A DNA stretch of 38,282 bases from Chthoniobacteraceae bacterium (GCA_044370935.1 JBILUQ010000001.1:1-38282); one strand, 5' to 3'. Positions 1 to 9,521 are shown, numbered from the stretch's first letter. Notes: a model not told the origin generated them from the letters alone. Program-made: numbers and translations.

Positions 1-540
1 GACCACCCCAAGCAGCCGAAAGAACTATCCCACATCTCCTCAACTCACAAAAAAAACACCCCGCAAGAGACAGAAAATGACTCCAAGCACTCCGGCACTC
101 GTGGGGATGCATCGCTAAACTTACCGGCCACCGAAATCTCATGGTGGGACGCCTATGCCTTCGCGAATTGGGCAGGCAGATCGCTCCCAACCTCAGAGCA
201 GTGGGAGGCCGCAGCGCGTGGTTCCAAGGGCCTAATCTACCCTTGGGGAGATGAACCGGAACAATTCCTAGCAAACGCGAAATCGACGGAAGCAAATGCC
301 TCTAGAGTGCAAAACTCCACGCCAGCGGCAGATCAGAGAGACGTTGGCCCGTTCGGGCTTGTTGGAATGGCTGGAAATGTTTCGGAATGGACCGAGAGTG
401 CCGGCAAAAATGAGAAACAAATCATTAAAGGTGGCAATTTTATGGCCCCCCTCACGCCTCTGGAGTCTTCCAGCGAGTCTGCGCCTGAGAAGAAAATAAA
501 CACCCTTGGATTTAGAACCGTTTCGAAAAAGCTACGTTGA
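1..540 (+). CDS. FGE-sulfatase (SUMF1/EgtB/PvdO-type) domain protein, 5'-truncated by the window edge
   Basis: Frame 1 is open from nt 1 to TGA 538-540. The translation has family-typical motifs: ISWWDAYAFANWAGRSLPTSEQWEAAARG, PWG, GLVGMAGNVSEWT and a C-terminal GFRTV. The ORF track lists only the internal-Met part (307..540). Confidence 0.75.
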   Translation, partial: DHPKQPKELSHISSTHKKNTPQETENDSKHSGTRGDASLNLPATEISWWDAYAFANWAGRSLPTSEQWEAAARGSKGLIYPWGDEPEQFLANAKSTEANASRVQNSTPAADQRDVGPFGLVGMAGNVSEWTESAGKNEKQIIKGGNFMAPLTPLESSSESAPEKKINTLGFRTVSKKLR

Positions 541-549
541 CCCCCCCCC
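541..549. repeat. C9 homopolymer directly after the stop codon of the FGE-domain gene
   Basis: Read directly: tga followed by ccccccccc, then t. It lies 48 nt upstream of the ATG at 597. Confidence 0.9.
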
Positions 550-596
550 TTGTTCCCTCACCTATGCGCGTCGCCCACAAGAGCGAAGCGAAATCC

Positions 597-1499
597 ATGA
601 AACCCAGGCTGTCTATCCTCCTTCTGCTCACTTGGCTCATTTTTACGTGCCATGGGTTCGGCCAGATCAATGTCTCGCTGAACCTGCCGCGAACATCGTT
701 TCTTCTAAACGAACCCACGATTGCCACTCTCACGATCAGCAACCTTGCCGGACAAGATCTGCTGTTCGAGGACTCCCCGGATTTCGGACCTTGGTGCCGG
801 CTTGAGCTAAAGGCTCTGCGCGGAGATTTTGTTTCTCCACGTAACGAAGAGATATCTTTTCCTCCCTTGATTGTTCCCTCGGGAAAAACAATCAGCCGCA
901 CGATTAACATCTCTGAACTTTTCTTTTTAGATCACCCGGGACAGTACAAAGTCCGAGTGGGTGTGTTCTTTGCACCCACCCGCTCTGAGTTCTACACCCA
1001 GTCAACCTTCAACGCAGACCCGGGCCGAATGGAGTGGGCGCAAACAGTTGGAATTCCCGAGGCCGGCAACAACGGCGGCAAATTCCGGACCTTTTCTCTC
1101 GTTACCCACCAGCGCCCTGAAGGAATTTTTTTATACGCCAAGCTGGAGGGTAAAGAGGAAGGCATACGATTTGCGCCATTCTTTTTGGGTCGGTTATTAT
1201 CGGCAATGAAGCCGCAACCTCAATTCGATGCTTCGAACAACCTTTATGTTTTCCACGCTTCGAGCGACTCGACTTACGTTCTTTCGCAAATTGACGTGGA
1301 TACGGGCAAGTTCGGACAGGCCTTATACCGTCCATCAACCCCACGAGCGGGCCGGCCAGCCATGTCCAAAGACGCGAAGGGCCATCTAGTGATCTCAGGC
1401 GGAATTCGCGTTCGCGAGGAAGAGCTAACGCCGAAGTCAACCAGCCGCTCTCTTTTGTCGGAAAGGCCAGAGGAATTTCAACCCAAGCCCGCTCGCTGA
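597..1499 (+). CDS. hypothetical secreted protein with N-terminal signal peptide
   Basis: ORF 537..1499. The internal ATG at 597 begins MKPRLSILLLLTWLIFTCHGFGQ, a classic signal peptide. I recognise no domain. Confidence 0.6.
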   Translation: MKPRLSILLLLTWLIFTCHGFGQINVSLNLPRTSFLLNEPTIATLTISNLAGQDLLFEDSPDFGPWCRLELKALRGDFVSPRNEEISFPPLIVPSGKTISRTINISELFFLDHPGQYKVRVGVFFAPTRSEFYTQSTFNADPGRMEWAQTVGIPEAGNNGGKFRTFSLVTHQRPEGIFLYAKLEGKEEGIRFAPFFLGRLLSAMKPQPQFDASNNLYVFHASSDSTYVLSQIDVDTGKFGQALYRPSTPRAGRPAMSKDAKGHLVISGGIRVREEELTPKSTSRSLLSERPEEFQPKPAR

Positions 1500-1502
1500 C
1501 CA

Positions 1503-2507
1503 ATGCAACACCTCTCTTTACCCCACCGCCCTCGCAGACTTCGTTCTTCTCAAGCATTGAGAGATCTGACCCGTGAAACTCATCTCCGCAAAGACGACCT
1601 AATCCTCCCCTTGTTCATCAGTGAGAAGATCTCCGAGCCTGCGGCGGTTGCGAGCATGCCCGGCGTCTTTCAACTCACCGAGGCAGCGCTAATCGAGGAG
1701 GCACTCGCTGCTCAGGCCGACGGCATCCCAGCGATTCTTTTATTTGGAATTCCCTCACACAAAGACGCCCAAGCATCCGAGGCGCACTCCCAAAACGGAG
1801 TCGTCCAGCGTGCGGTCCGCGCGCTCAAAAAAGCGTGCCCAGATTTACTCATCATTACAGACGTCTGCCTCTGTGAATTCATGAGCCACGGTCACTGCGG
1901 CATCACTCGTTTTGATGGAGACCGTCACCATATCGCCCACATCGACAACGATGCCTCAGTCGAACTGCTGTGCAAAACAGCACTCTCCCACGCTGAGGCA
2001 GGGGCCGATATCGTTGCCCCGTCAGACATGATGGACGGGAGGATCGGAGCGATCCGGAAGGCGCTCGATCAGCACGGATTTCAAAACACGCCCATACTCA
2101 GCTACGCAGCGAAATTTGCGTCCGCTTTTTACGGACCTTTCAGGGATGCAGCGGAAAGCGCCCCGCAGGCCGGGGACCGAAAAAGTTACCAGATGGACGC
2201 TGCAAACGGAGCGGAGGCGCTGCGCGAAGTGGCGCTGGACGTGGAGGAGGGAGCGGACATGGTAATGGTGAAGCCTGGGATGCCTTACCTTGACATCATC
2301 TGGCGCGTGAAACAGCGATTTCAAATGCCGACGGTGGCCTACCAAGTAAGCGGTGAATACTCAATGCTGAAGGCAGCTGCTCTCAACGGCTGGATTGACG
2401 AAAAGAGCTGCATGATGGAGGCGATGACTGCATTTCGGCGGGCCGGTGCGGACCTTATTGTCACATATGCGGCTCGACAGGTGGCAAGATGGCTCACGCA
2501 GCAGTAA
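1503..2507 (+). CDS. hemB: porphobilinogen synthase (delta-aminolevulinic acid dehydratase)
   Basis: 334 aa. The N-terminus HRPRRLR...LRDLTRET is typical, and the Cys-rich Zn site DVCLCEFMSHGHCG is present. The active-site Lys regions (MVKPG and the ...YQVSGEY context) are also there. Confidence 0.95.
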   Translation: MQHLSLPHRPRRLRSSQALRDLTRETHLRKDDLILPLFISEKISEPAAVASMPGVFQLTEAALIEEALAAQADGIPAILLFGIPSHKDAQASEAHSQNGVVQRAVRALKKACPDLLIITDVCLCEFMSHGHCGITRFDGDRHHIAHIDNDASVELLCKTALSHAEAGADIVAPSDMMDGRIGAIRKALDQHGFQNTPILSYAAKFASAFYGPFRDAAESAPQAGDRKSYQMDAANGAEALREVALDVEEGADMVMVKPGMPYLDIIWRVKQRFQMPTVAYQVSGEYSMLKAAALNGWIDEKSCMMEAMTAFRRAGADLIVTYAARQVARWLTQQ

Positions 2508-2660
2508 TCCTCCGGAGAATTCTTGCCTTTCCCGGGTAATCGCACCCTGCCGGCGCCGTAGGGATTGCTGGATCCGTCATTTTGGGATCCACTGGGGACG
2601 GTATTGATTTTTCCGTCTACAAAGATCCGTCCCTACCAGCCACCCTCTCTTGCGAAAAGC

Positions 2661-3041
2661 ATGCAAAACTTTAAGTACAACTCCGACGGCCTGATTCCCG
2701 CAATTGTTCAAGATTCCACCTCAAGACGGGTCCTCATGATGGCATGGATGAATTCGCACTCCATCGAAACCACCATCAAAACCGGTCTGATGCACTACTG
2801 GAGCCGTTCACGTCAGAAGTATTGGCTCAAGGGAGAATCGAGCGGCCACACACAGCGAGTCATTCGGTGGCACGTTGACTGTGATCAGGACACCCTGCTT
2901 TTCGAAGTGGAACAAGTGGGCGGAGCATGTCACACCGGACACCAGTCGTGCTTTTTTCAAGAAGTCGACTTCTCTGGAAAGTTTCTTGCTGTAACGGAGA
3001 CTCGCGTTTTCGACCCCGAACGGACATACTCGAACCCGTAG
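2661..3041 (+). CDS. hisI: phosphoribosyl-AMP cyclohydrolase (monofunctional HisI)
   Basis: Motifs GLIPAIVQD, WSRSRQKYWLKGESSGHTQ, DCDQDTLL and GGACHTGHQSCFF. ATG 2661 is preferred over the in-frame TTG at 2565, which would add a non-homologous 32-aa extension. Confidence 0.9.
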   Translation: MQNFKYNSDGLIPAIVQDSTSRRVLMMAWMNSHSIETTIKTGLMHYWSRSRQKYWLKGESSGHTQRVIRWHVDCDQDTLLFEVEQVGGACHTGHQSCFFQEVDFSGKFLAVTETRVFDPERTYSNP

Positions 3042-3082
3042 CTGTTTAACCAAAAGAATCCATCTTGGTTGAATCCTTTGCA

Positions 3083-4612
3083 ATGGCTCCCCTATTGATC
3101 TCTCCATCCCCAGAGCAATTCCAGACCCTCGCCGCCCGGGGCCGACTGATACCCGTCTGGATCGATCTTCTGGCAGATGCGGAGACTCCCGTGTCAGCAT
3201 TTCAAAAGCTCGACTCTGGCGGTTACAGTTTCCTTCTCGAGTCTGCGGAGAAAAGCCCGACAGCCGGCAGATATTCATTCGTCGGCACTGACCCTAAGTT
3301 CCTTCTGGAAAGTCGTGGACGAACCATGCGCATCACCGAAAACGGAGTGACACGAGAATTCGAGACACAAAGCGATCCGTTGTCCGAACTTGAAACTCTG
3401 ATGCATTCATTCGGCTGGGTCAAACCTGAGGAACTCGACACTGCCGAGGGTCCGAGTTTCAGCGGCGGCGCAATCGGTTTCTTATCTTACAACGCGGTGC
3501 ACTTTTTCGAACCGTCGGTTGAGCGTAACCAAGAGGACCCGCTTGATCTGCCTGAATCGCTATTTTTCCTAAGCGACACCGTTCTGATTTTTGATCATCA
3601 CACCAAACGGATGCGGATCCTGGTCAACGCAACGGTCGACTCACCCGAGTCTGCCTCAGCCGCGTATCAAAAAGCAGCGCAGCGTATCCTCGACACTCTC
3701 TCTATTCTCGCCCGCCCGATATCTCTTCCTCAATTGCCGGTTCCAACGCGCACGATCGCGCCTGCAGACGCCCGATCAAACACGACTCGGGAGGAGTACC
3801 TTTCGATGGTAAGGAAAAGTCAGGAGTACATCCACGCGGGTGACATTTTCCAGATTGTCCCGTCACAGCGCTTTGAAACTGAGTACACTGGCGACGCTCT
3901 CACCTTGTACCGGACCTTGAGGGATGTGAATCCCTCGCCGTATATGTTTTGCCTCAAGCTCGCGGGACGATTTGCCCTCGTTGGATCATCGCCGGAGGTT
4001 CATGTACGAGCTACTGATGGCCATATTGAGATACGCCCAATTGCCGGCACTAAGCGCCGTGGATCTACAACGTCAGAGGATGACGCCAACGCGGCCGCGT
4101 TGCTGTCCGACCCAAAAGAGCGCGCGGAACACCTCATGCTTGTGGACCTCGCCAGAAACGACGTCGGCCGCATCGCTGAATTTGGCTCGGTGCGCGTTAC
4201 TGACTTCATGACCATTGAGCGCTACAGCCACGTGATGCACATCGTATCGCATGTCACCGGCACCCTCAAAAAGGGCAAGAGCGCCTTCGATGTAATGCGC
4301 GCCACATTTCCAGCGGGCACCGTGTCCGGCTCACCGAAAGTCCGGGCCATGCAAGTGCTCGGTGAAATAGAAAAACACAAGCGCTGCGTGTATGCAGGCG
4401 CGGTGGGATACTTTGGATTCGATGGCAACACGGATTCCTGCATCGCTCTGAGAACCGTGGTCTTGAAAGACGACCATGCCTACGTGCAAACCGGAGCAGG
4501 TGTTGTTGCCGACTCAACTCCGGAGGGGGAACATCAGGAGTGCATCAACAAAGCCATGGGAATGATGGCTGCGATTGCGCGGGCCCGATCTGTTTCTCCT
4601 CTCAACACATAA
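3083..4612 (+). CDS. trpE: anthranilate synthase component I
   Basis: The Trp-feedback motif region FLLESAE is present, along with IFQIVPSQRF, the chorismate-binding C-terminus GTLSGSPK-like GTVSGSPKVRAM, and GAVGYFGFDGNTDSCIALRT. The start could be the TTG at 3065 or the ATG at 3083. Confidence 0.9.
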   Translation: MAPLLISPSPEQFQTLAARGRLIPVWIDLLADAETPVSAFQKLDSGGYSFLLESAEKSPTAGRYSFVGTDPKFLLESRGRTMRITENGVTREFETQSDPLSELETLMHSFGWVKPEELDTAEGPSFSGGAIGFLSYNAVHFFEPSVERNQEDPLDLPESLFFLSDTVLIFDHHTKRMRILVNATVDSPESASAAYQKAAQRILDTLSILARPISLPQLPVPTRTIAPADARSNTTREEYLSMVRKSQEYIHAGDIFQIVPSQRFETEYTGDALTLYRTLRDVNPSPYMFCLKLAGRFALVGSSPEVHVRATDGHIEIRPIAGTKRRGSTTSEDDANAAALLSDPKERAEHLMLVDLARNDVGRIAEFGSVRVTDFMTIERYSHVMHIVSHVTGTLKKGKSAFDVMRATFPAGTVSGSPKVRAMQVLGEIEKHKRCVYAGAVGYFGFDGNTDSCIALRTVVLKDDHAYVQTGAGVVADSTPEGEHQECINKAMGMMAAIARARSVSPLNT

Positions 4613-4636
4613 CCTGTCGGACCCACCTTTTGATCT

Positions 4637-5200
4637 ATGCTGCTGGTTATCGATAACTACGATTCTTTCACCTATAACCTGGTCCAGTACTTTGGTGAAC
4701 TCGGCGCGGAACTGTTGGTGAAGCGCAATGACGAAATTTCGATCGACGAAATCCGCACTCTCAATCCGGAGAAAATCTGCGTCTCTCCCGGACCATGTTC
4801 ACCGAAAGAGGCCGGTATTTCCAACGAAGTGATACGCACCTTTGGGGCAAGAACCCCAATTTTCGGTGTATGCCTAGGACACCAGTGCATTGGTGATGTA
4901 TTCGGCGGCAACGTTGTGCGGGCAGGCCGGCTGATGCACGGCAAAACCTCGCCGATCCTCCACGACGGAAAGGGCGTCTTTTCAGGCATTCCCTCGCCCT
5001 TCGAGGCAACCCGCTACCACTCCCTCTTGGTCGAACGCGCATCGCTCCCTGCCTGCCTTGAAATTACGGCAGAAACAGCCGAAAAGGAGATCATGGGCCT
5101 TCGCCACAGGGATTATCCGATCCATGGAGTGCAGTTCCACCCGGAGTCGATTCTAACGCTGGAAGGCAAACGGCTTCTTCAAAACTTTCTTCAGCTCTGA
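4637..5200 (+). CDS. trpG: anthranilate synthase component II / aminodeoxychorismate synthase glutamine amidotransferase
   Basis: 187 aa class-I GATase: [18 protein letters not shown], catalytic Cys in GVCLGHQ, and HGVQFHPES. It sits immediately downstream of trpE. Confidence 0.9.
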   Translation: MLLVIDNYDSFTYNLVQYFGELGAELLVKRNDEISIDEIRTLNPEKICVSPGPCSPKEAGISNEVIRTFGARTPIFGVCLGHQCIGDVFGGNVVRAGRLMHGKTSPILHDGKGVFSGIPSPFEATRYHSLLVERASLPACLEITAETAEKEIMGLRHRDYPIHGVQFHPESILTLEGKRLLQNFLQL

Positions 5201-5218
5201 GACGGAGTTTAACCGATC

Positions 5219-5542
5219 ATGCCATCCCGAAAACCGAGTACGGGTTGGAAACGCTGGTTCAACCCACAGTTCTATACGACCCAACCCAAGAACGGCGCCG
5301 CCCGGCTCGCGAAAAGGGTTTTTGTGTCACTGCTCGGCTTTTCGGTTGTCATTGTCGGCATTCTAATGATCGTTACACCGGGTCCTGCAGTTGTGGTCAT
5401 CCCAGCGGGGCTCGCGATTCTGGCAGTTGAGTTCGCATGGGCTCGGCGCTGGCTGCGCCGCTTGAAGGCTTACCTCAAGCTTTGGAAAAATCGCCGGCTT
5501 CAAAAGCATTCAAACCGCCTCCCGAGGGCAAAGATCAAATGA
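5219..5542 (+). CDS. PGPGW-domain small membrane protein
   Basis: 107 aa with two hydrophobic helices around the TPGPAVVVIPAGLAILAVEFAWARRWL motif, which is characteristic of the PGPGW family. Its stop overlaps the next start (ATGA at 5539-5542). Confidence 0.65.
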   Translation: MPSRKPSTGWKRWFNPQFYTTQPKNGAARLAKRVFVSLLGFSVVIVGILMIVTPGPAVVVIPAGLAILAVEFAWARRWLRRLKAYLKLWKNRRLQKHSNRLPRAKIK

Positions 5543-6495
5543 GCATCAATTCAGGCATCAGCAGAAGGAACTTTCTCGCATCTCAAGCCACCGCGCTGAT
5601 CTGCTCCGCGATTCCGTCGTTCGCTGATAAATCAAACGACTCGGTCGATGATCTTAAAATTATAGATTGCCACACTCACTTCTATGATCCCTCCCGCCCG
5701 CAGGGCGTACCGTGGCCGGCCAAATCAAGCAGTCTTTACCGCACCGTACTTCCCGCGGATCTCAAAGCCCTCCCAAAATTCAGACCGGTGCACGGAACCG
5801 TCATTGTCGAAGCGAGCCAGTGGATAGAAGACAACGACTGGCTATTGGCACTTGCTGAATCCGACCCTTTCATTGCGGGTATCGTCGGCCGGTTGCCAGT
5901 TGGGAATCCGGATTTCAAGAGTCTGATCCAGAGATATTCGAAGCACAGATTTTACAGGGGAATCCGTGCTTCAGCGGTGGGGTTAAAGGAGCCCATCTCT
6001 ACCGGTAATTTCGCTGATTTTGAAACCCTGGCAGACCATGACCTCTCGTTGGATATCAACGGCGATCTCGAGTCCTTCAATGTGGCATCAGCAATCGCAA
6101 GCCGCGTTCCTTCTCTTAGAATCATCGTCAACCACATTGGGAATGTGTCTATTGATGAATCGGGCCCGCCACAGGAGTGGCGCGCTGCGGTGCTGCGCGC
6201 ATCGGCGGCTCCGAACGTCTTCTGTAAAATATCAGGTCTCGTAGAGGGAGCATCCAGAAACGGAAGAAAGGCCCCGCATTCCCTTCCGATGTACGCACCC
6301 TACTTGGATGCTGTCTGGAGTGCGTTCGGAGATAATCGAGTCATCTACGGGAGCAACTGGCCGGTAAGTGAATCTGCAGCGAGCTACGAGACACTCCAAC
6401 GCATTGCGATGGAGCATGCGTTTTCAAAGGGAAAAACAGCTGCACAACGTTTTTGCGCGCTAAACGCCAAGGATGCTTACAAGTGGATAGGCTAA
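5539..6495 (+). CDS. amidohydrolase-family (metal-dependent TIM-barrel hydrolase) protein with Tat signal
   Basis: The start at ATG 5539 gives MSINSGISRRNFLAS, a twin-arginine motif. IIDCHTHFYDP is a typical amidohydrolase-2 HxH metal site, and a C-terminal VIYGSNWP lies near the end. Confidence 0.7.
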   Translation: MSINSGISRRNFLASQATALICSAIPSFADKSNDSVDDLKIIDCHTHFYDPSRPQGVPWPAKSSSLYRTVLPADLKALPKFRPVHGTVIVEASQWIEDNDWLLALAESDPFIAGIVGRLPVGNPDFKSLIQRYSKHRFYRGIRASAVGLKEPISTGNFADFETLADHDLSLDINGDLESFNVASAIASRVPSLRIIVNHIGNVSIDESGPPQEWRAAVLRASAAPNVFCKISGLVEGASRNGRKAPHSLPMYAPYLDAVWSAFGDNRVIYGSNWPVSESAASYETLQRIAMEHAFSKGKTAAQRFCALNAKDAYKWIG

Positions 6496-6507
6496 CCACG
6501 CGTTTAA

Positions 6508-6533
6508 GAAACCCGACGGCGCGCCGTTGTTTC
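6508..6533. terminator. candidate bidirectional hairpin between convergent genes
   Basis: GAAAC-ccg-ACGGCGCGCCGT-t-GTTTC is a perfect GC-rich palindrome with extended flanking pairing. It lies between the amidohydrolase stop (6495) and the exbD stop (6536). The U-run is weak. Confidence 0.4.
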
Positions 6534-6535
6534 CA

Positions 6536-6976
6536 CTAATCTTCACTCACTGAAAACGACACATTCTCGATTTTTGCAGCGGCCAGCGCGTCGAGAACGG
6601 CGACTGTACGATGATACTTGGCCTGAGGCTCGCTGATCACCGTCACGACGGAGATCGTCTTCGCATTATCGGCGTTCTGTTTCAAGCGCATCAGCACATC
6701 CCTCAAATGCCGCAACTCCTGACTGGTGGGTGTATCAAACGGCTCATCGTTGAGGGCCACTTCACCGTTTTCCGCGATGGTTATTGTGATCTCGTCGACA
6801 AAATCCGTAGCCGTGGATGATTCCGTACTCCCCGGCAGAGTCGTGTTCAATTCGTTCTCCACCCTCACAGCGCCTGCCATCACCATGAAAAACAGCATGA
6901 TCACAAAGACCACATCGATCATCGGTGCTATCTGAAAACCACCCACGGGGATTTCCTCTGGAACAAAGCTTTTCAT
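6536..6976 (-). CDS. exbD: ExbD/TolR-family biopolymer transport protein
   Basis: 146 aa. It has an N-terminal TM segment with FQIAPMIDVVFVIMLFFMV (the ExbD/TolR signature) and a periplasmic C-terminal domain. Confidence 0.85.
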   Translation of the reverse strand: MKSFVPEEIPVGGFQIAPMIDVVFVIMLFFMVMAGAVRVENELNTTLPGSTESSTATDFVDEITITIAENGEVALNDEPFDTPTSQELRHLRDVLMRLKQNADNAKTISVVTVISEPQAKYHRTVAVLDALAAAKIENVSFSVSED

Positions 6977-6979
6977 GGA

Positions 6980-7441
6980 TTACTCACGGTTCACCGTTGA
7001 AAAGGCAATATCGGCAATTCCTACCTCAGCGGCGGCACCCATCGCCTGAGAAACGTAAAGAGCAGGACACTCCCGATCGGCGCGAATCACGACGCGTACA
7101 TGCGGATTTTCGGAAGCCGATATCTGCGTCTGCGCAGCCTCCTTGGCCATTCGCAACTCCGGCATGAAGTCGGCAGTTGCAGCGTAGGGTCTGTCTTGGA
7201 ACGTAAAAACGGCACCTCGCTCGGCCGGTTCCCACCGGACGTTGATGATGATTTCACACCGACTGCTATCCTTGCGCACGGCGTTCTGGGCCACTGGAAG
7301 GCGGATATTTTTGTCCACGCGTAAAACCTGCGCTGAGGTGATCGTCATAAAGAAGATCAACATCACCAGCAGCACATCAATCATCGGTGCAATTTGGAAG
7401 TCGGGTTCGCCCGACTCCATATTTCCGCCACCACCAGCCAT
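6980..7441 (-). CDS. exbD: ExbD/TolR-family biopolymer transport protein (second paralog)
   Basis: 153 aa with FQIAPMIDVLLVMLIFFMT. Only 3 nt separate it from the downstream exbD. Confidence 0.85.
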   Translation of the reverse strand: MAGGGGNMESGEPDFQIAPMIDVLLVMLIFFMTITSAQVLRVDKNIRLPVAQNAVRKDSSRCEIIINVRWEPAERGAVFTFQDRPYAATADFMPELRMAKEAAQTQISASENPHVRVVIRADRECPALYVSQAMGAAAEVGIADIAFSTVNRE

Positions 7442-7509
7442 AAGATTTTTTCTAAGATTTTTTTCTGCGACTTAATGAGATACAACGGAGGGCGCTCACG
7501 GATGAGCGC

Positions 7510-8286
7510 CTAGACCCAATTCGGCGTGGCTGCGTAAAGCTCCTCACCGCTGATGTGCAAGCCGGACATGTGCTCGTATGGCATCTTCCGGAATAAATCT
7601 CTCGTCACATTCTGAATGTAATGCATTGCAGAGCTCGACCGGCTTCGCAGCAGATAAAACATGCCAAAAGCCGGGATGGCGATCAGCAGGCCGCTCGCAG
7701 TCGCGATGAGCACCTCTCCGATCGCAGCTGAGAGCCCCGAGGGATCGCCGATTCCAGATGTCCCAAGGTTTGCAAACGCCTTGATCATTCCAGTCACGGT
7801 TCCAAGAAGACCAATCATCGGGGTACAAACACCGATGACAGACAAGTAGCTGATGTAGGTGTTTAGCTTCGTGCTTTCCTGCTGCATGGCCCCCACCATT
7901 GCGTCTTCAACCGCAGACTTCCCCTCCCCAAGCATGCCAATCCCGGCCCTCAGCACATTCGCCAGCGGACTGCTGTTGCGTTTGCAATAGTTATAGGCCT
8001 CCACATAATCACCCTCGCGAAACAGACTCTTCACTTTCTGCTCACATGCAATCGGTGCCGTGATTTTGCGAGAGGTGCGCATCCAGCCGTCTCCGCACAG
8101 ATACACGGTGAGCACCGAACAGGCTCCAATAGGAATCATCACCCAGCCACCCTCATAGATTTGCTCCCACAATGTCTTGTGGTGAATGACCCCGGCCGAA
8201 TCCTCCGCGGCAGACGCGGTCTGCAGAAACGCAAAGAAAACGGCTGCTGCTACAGTCATGATTAAAGACTTTAAGTTATTTCGCAT
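7510..8286 (-). CDS. exbB: MotA/TolQ/ExbB proton-channel family protein
   Basis: 258 aa with a signal-like N-terminus. The C-terminal channel region GLLGTVTGMIKAF...AIGEVLIATASGLLIAIPA is typical of ExbB/TolQ. Confidence 0.85.
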   Translation of the reverse strand: MRNNLKSLIMTVAAAVFFAFLQTASAAEDSAGVIHHKTLWEQIYEGGWVMIPIGACSVLTVYLCGDGWMRTSRKITAPIACEQKVKSLFREGDYVEAYNYCKRNSSPLANVLRAGIGMLGEGKSAVEDAMVGAMQQESTKLNTYISYLSVIGVCTPMIGLLGTVTGMIKAFANLGTSGIGDPSGLSAAIGEVLIATASGLLIAIPAFGMFYLLRSRSSSAMHYIQNVTRDLFRKMPYEHMSGLHISGEELYAATPNWV

Positions 8287-8471
8287 ATGACATTACTCAC
8301 TTTAAAAATGTCCAAAGACCCTCAGACTCATAGACGCTCCAGCAATGACTGATCAACCGGTTCTGGCTTGATTGCAGGATCGCAATTTGTCACGTGATAC
8401 GCCTAAGTTTCGACTGTTGAAATAAAAAAGGATCGCCACCAGCCCGAGACATCATTTCACTCGCGGAACAC

Positions 8472-9521
8472 TCACCGATATTCAGGAGGAATCCGCCAAC
8501 GGCTAACCGCCGACGTCCGCACTCCAGGACGGGTCTCGCCGCTGATGGAGATCATATCATCTCCGAGCCGGACAAGAGGAGCGGTCACCAAAGGAGTTGG
8601 CCAACGACCGACCACAACCGTCGCCAAAGTCTCACCGTACATAAAAGTCACTTGGCTGGAATGCCCAGGATGGCCCTTGAGATCCGTGGTTGGGTGTAGC
8701 CCGTCATCACCGCCCACGAAGAGAAGCCCCCCCGCAACCTCAATGCCGGGCCCTGCACAAGCCGCCATCGGTGCAGCCAGCGCGGACCGAGCACCGTTGA
8801 TCCCAAGATTGCCACGCAGGTCGTTCAAATAAACTCTCGCAGCTTTTCCGTCCTTTTCCTCGAGCCGACAACCACCGCCCCATACAAATCTTCCGGCGAA
8901 TCCTCCGCACAAGGGAAGAATCCGTGCACACCGCTGACTTTCGACATCCACGCGCCATCCCTGATCAGGCGCATTAAGATCCAAAATTACGGCATTCGAG
9001 ATGCAATCAACAGATTGAGTCGCACACGCGCCGCCAACGACTCGGAGACTTCCCGAAACCGCAACGCATCCCGCATAGGCGCGGGTGGCCGGCAGCTTAG
9101 CCCCGAAAGCGTCCACCTTACCATCGGCTCGGACCACCCACATTTCATCCAGATGACCCTGCGCATTTGCTCCGCCGGCGATAACCAGCCCTTTCCTGTC
9201 AGGCGTCGCACAGAAGGCGGCGTAGGCGTTTGGTTCCGGCAAATCACCCACTTTTTTCCACTGCCACGCCCCCTGAGTCTGCCGCAAAAGGAATACATCC
9301 CGGTAAAACTTTTTTGCTCCCCCTTCCCACGGCAACCCGTCGGAGAAATTAGCTCCACCCGCTGCCAGAACCGCTTCGTTCCCGTCTTCGTCGAGAACCA
9401 CCGCTGCCATCATCCCGGCACGCCCAGTGGAATCAGGCAGATCAGGCAAAGATGGTGAGACTGCCACCGAGCTCGCATTAAAAAGCGCAAGCGCTCCCAT
9501 TAAAGAACATAGCATTTTCAT
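8472..9521 (-). CDS. secreted Kelch-type beta-propeller, cyclically-permuted mutarotase (NanM-like) family
   Basis: It has a signal peptide and repeated GG-x-hydrophobic blade motifs (AAGGAN, IAGGAN, VVGGA, FVGGDDG). The C-terminal ISISGETRPGVRTSAV resembles the E. coli NanM motif INGEAKPGLRTDAV. Confidence 0.5.
   Translation of the reverse strand: MKMLCSLMGALALFNASSVAVSPSLPDLPDSTGRAGMMAAVVLDEDGNEAVLAAGGANFSDGLPWEGGAKKFYRDVFLLRQTQGAWQWKKVGDLPEPNAYAAFCATPDRKGLVIAGGANAQGHLDEMWVVRADGKVDAFGAKLPATRAYAGCVAVSGSLRVVGGACATQSVDCISNAVILDLNAPDQGWRVDVESQRCARILPLCGGFAGRFVWGGGCRLEEKDGKAARVYLNDLRGNLGINGARSALAAPMAACAGPGIEVAGGLLFVGGDDGLHPTTDLKGHPGHSSQVTFMYGETLATVVVGRWPTPLVTAPLVRLGDDMISISGETRPGVRTSAVSRWRIPPEYR

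Noticed and set aside
1-540. FGE-sulfatase/C-lectin-fold C-terminus as a diversity-generating retroelement (DGR) variable region
   Set aside because: This fold is a common DGR target. I found no reverse transcriptase, no accessory gene, and no second near-identical template-repeat copy of 400-540 anywhere in the window.
4336-4346. GAAAGTCCGGG, resembling the conserved RNase P RNA P4 region
   Set aside because: It is embedded in the trpE coding frame (SGSPKVRAM motif region). None of the other conserved RNase P elements are nearby.
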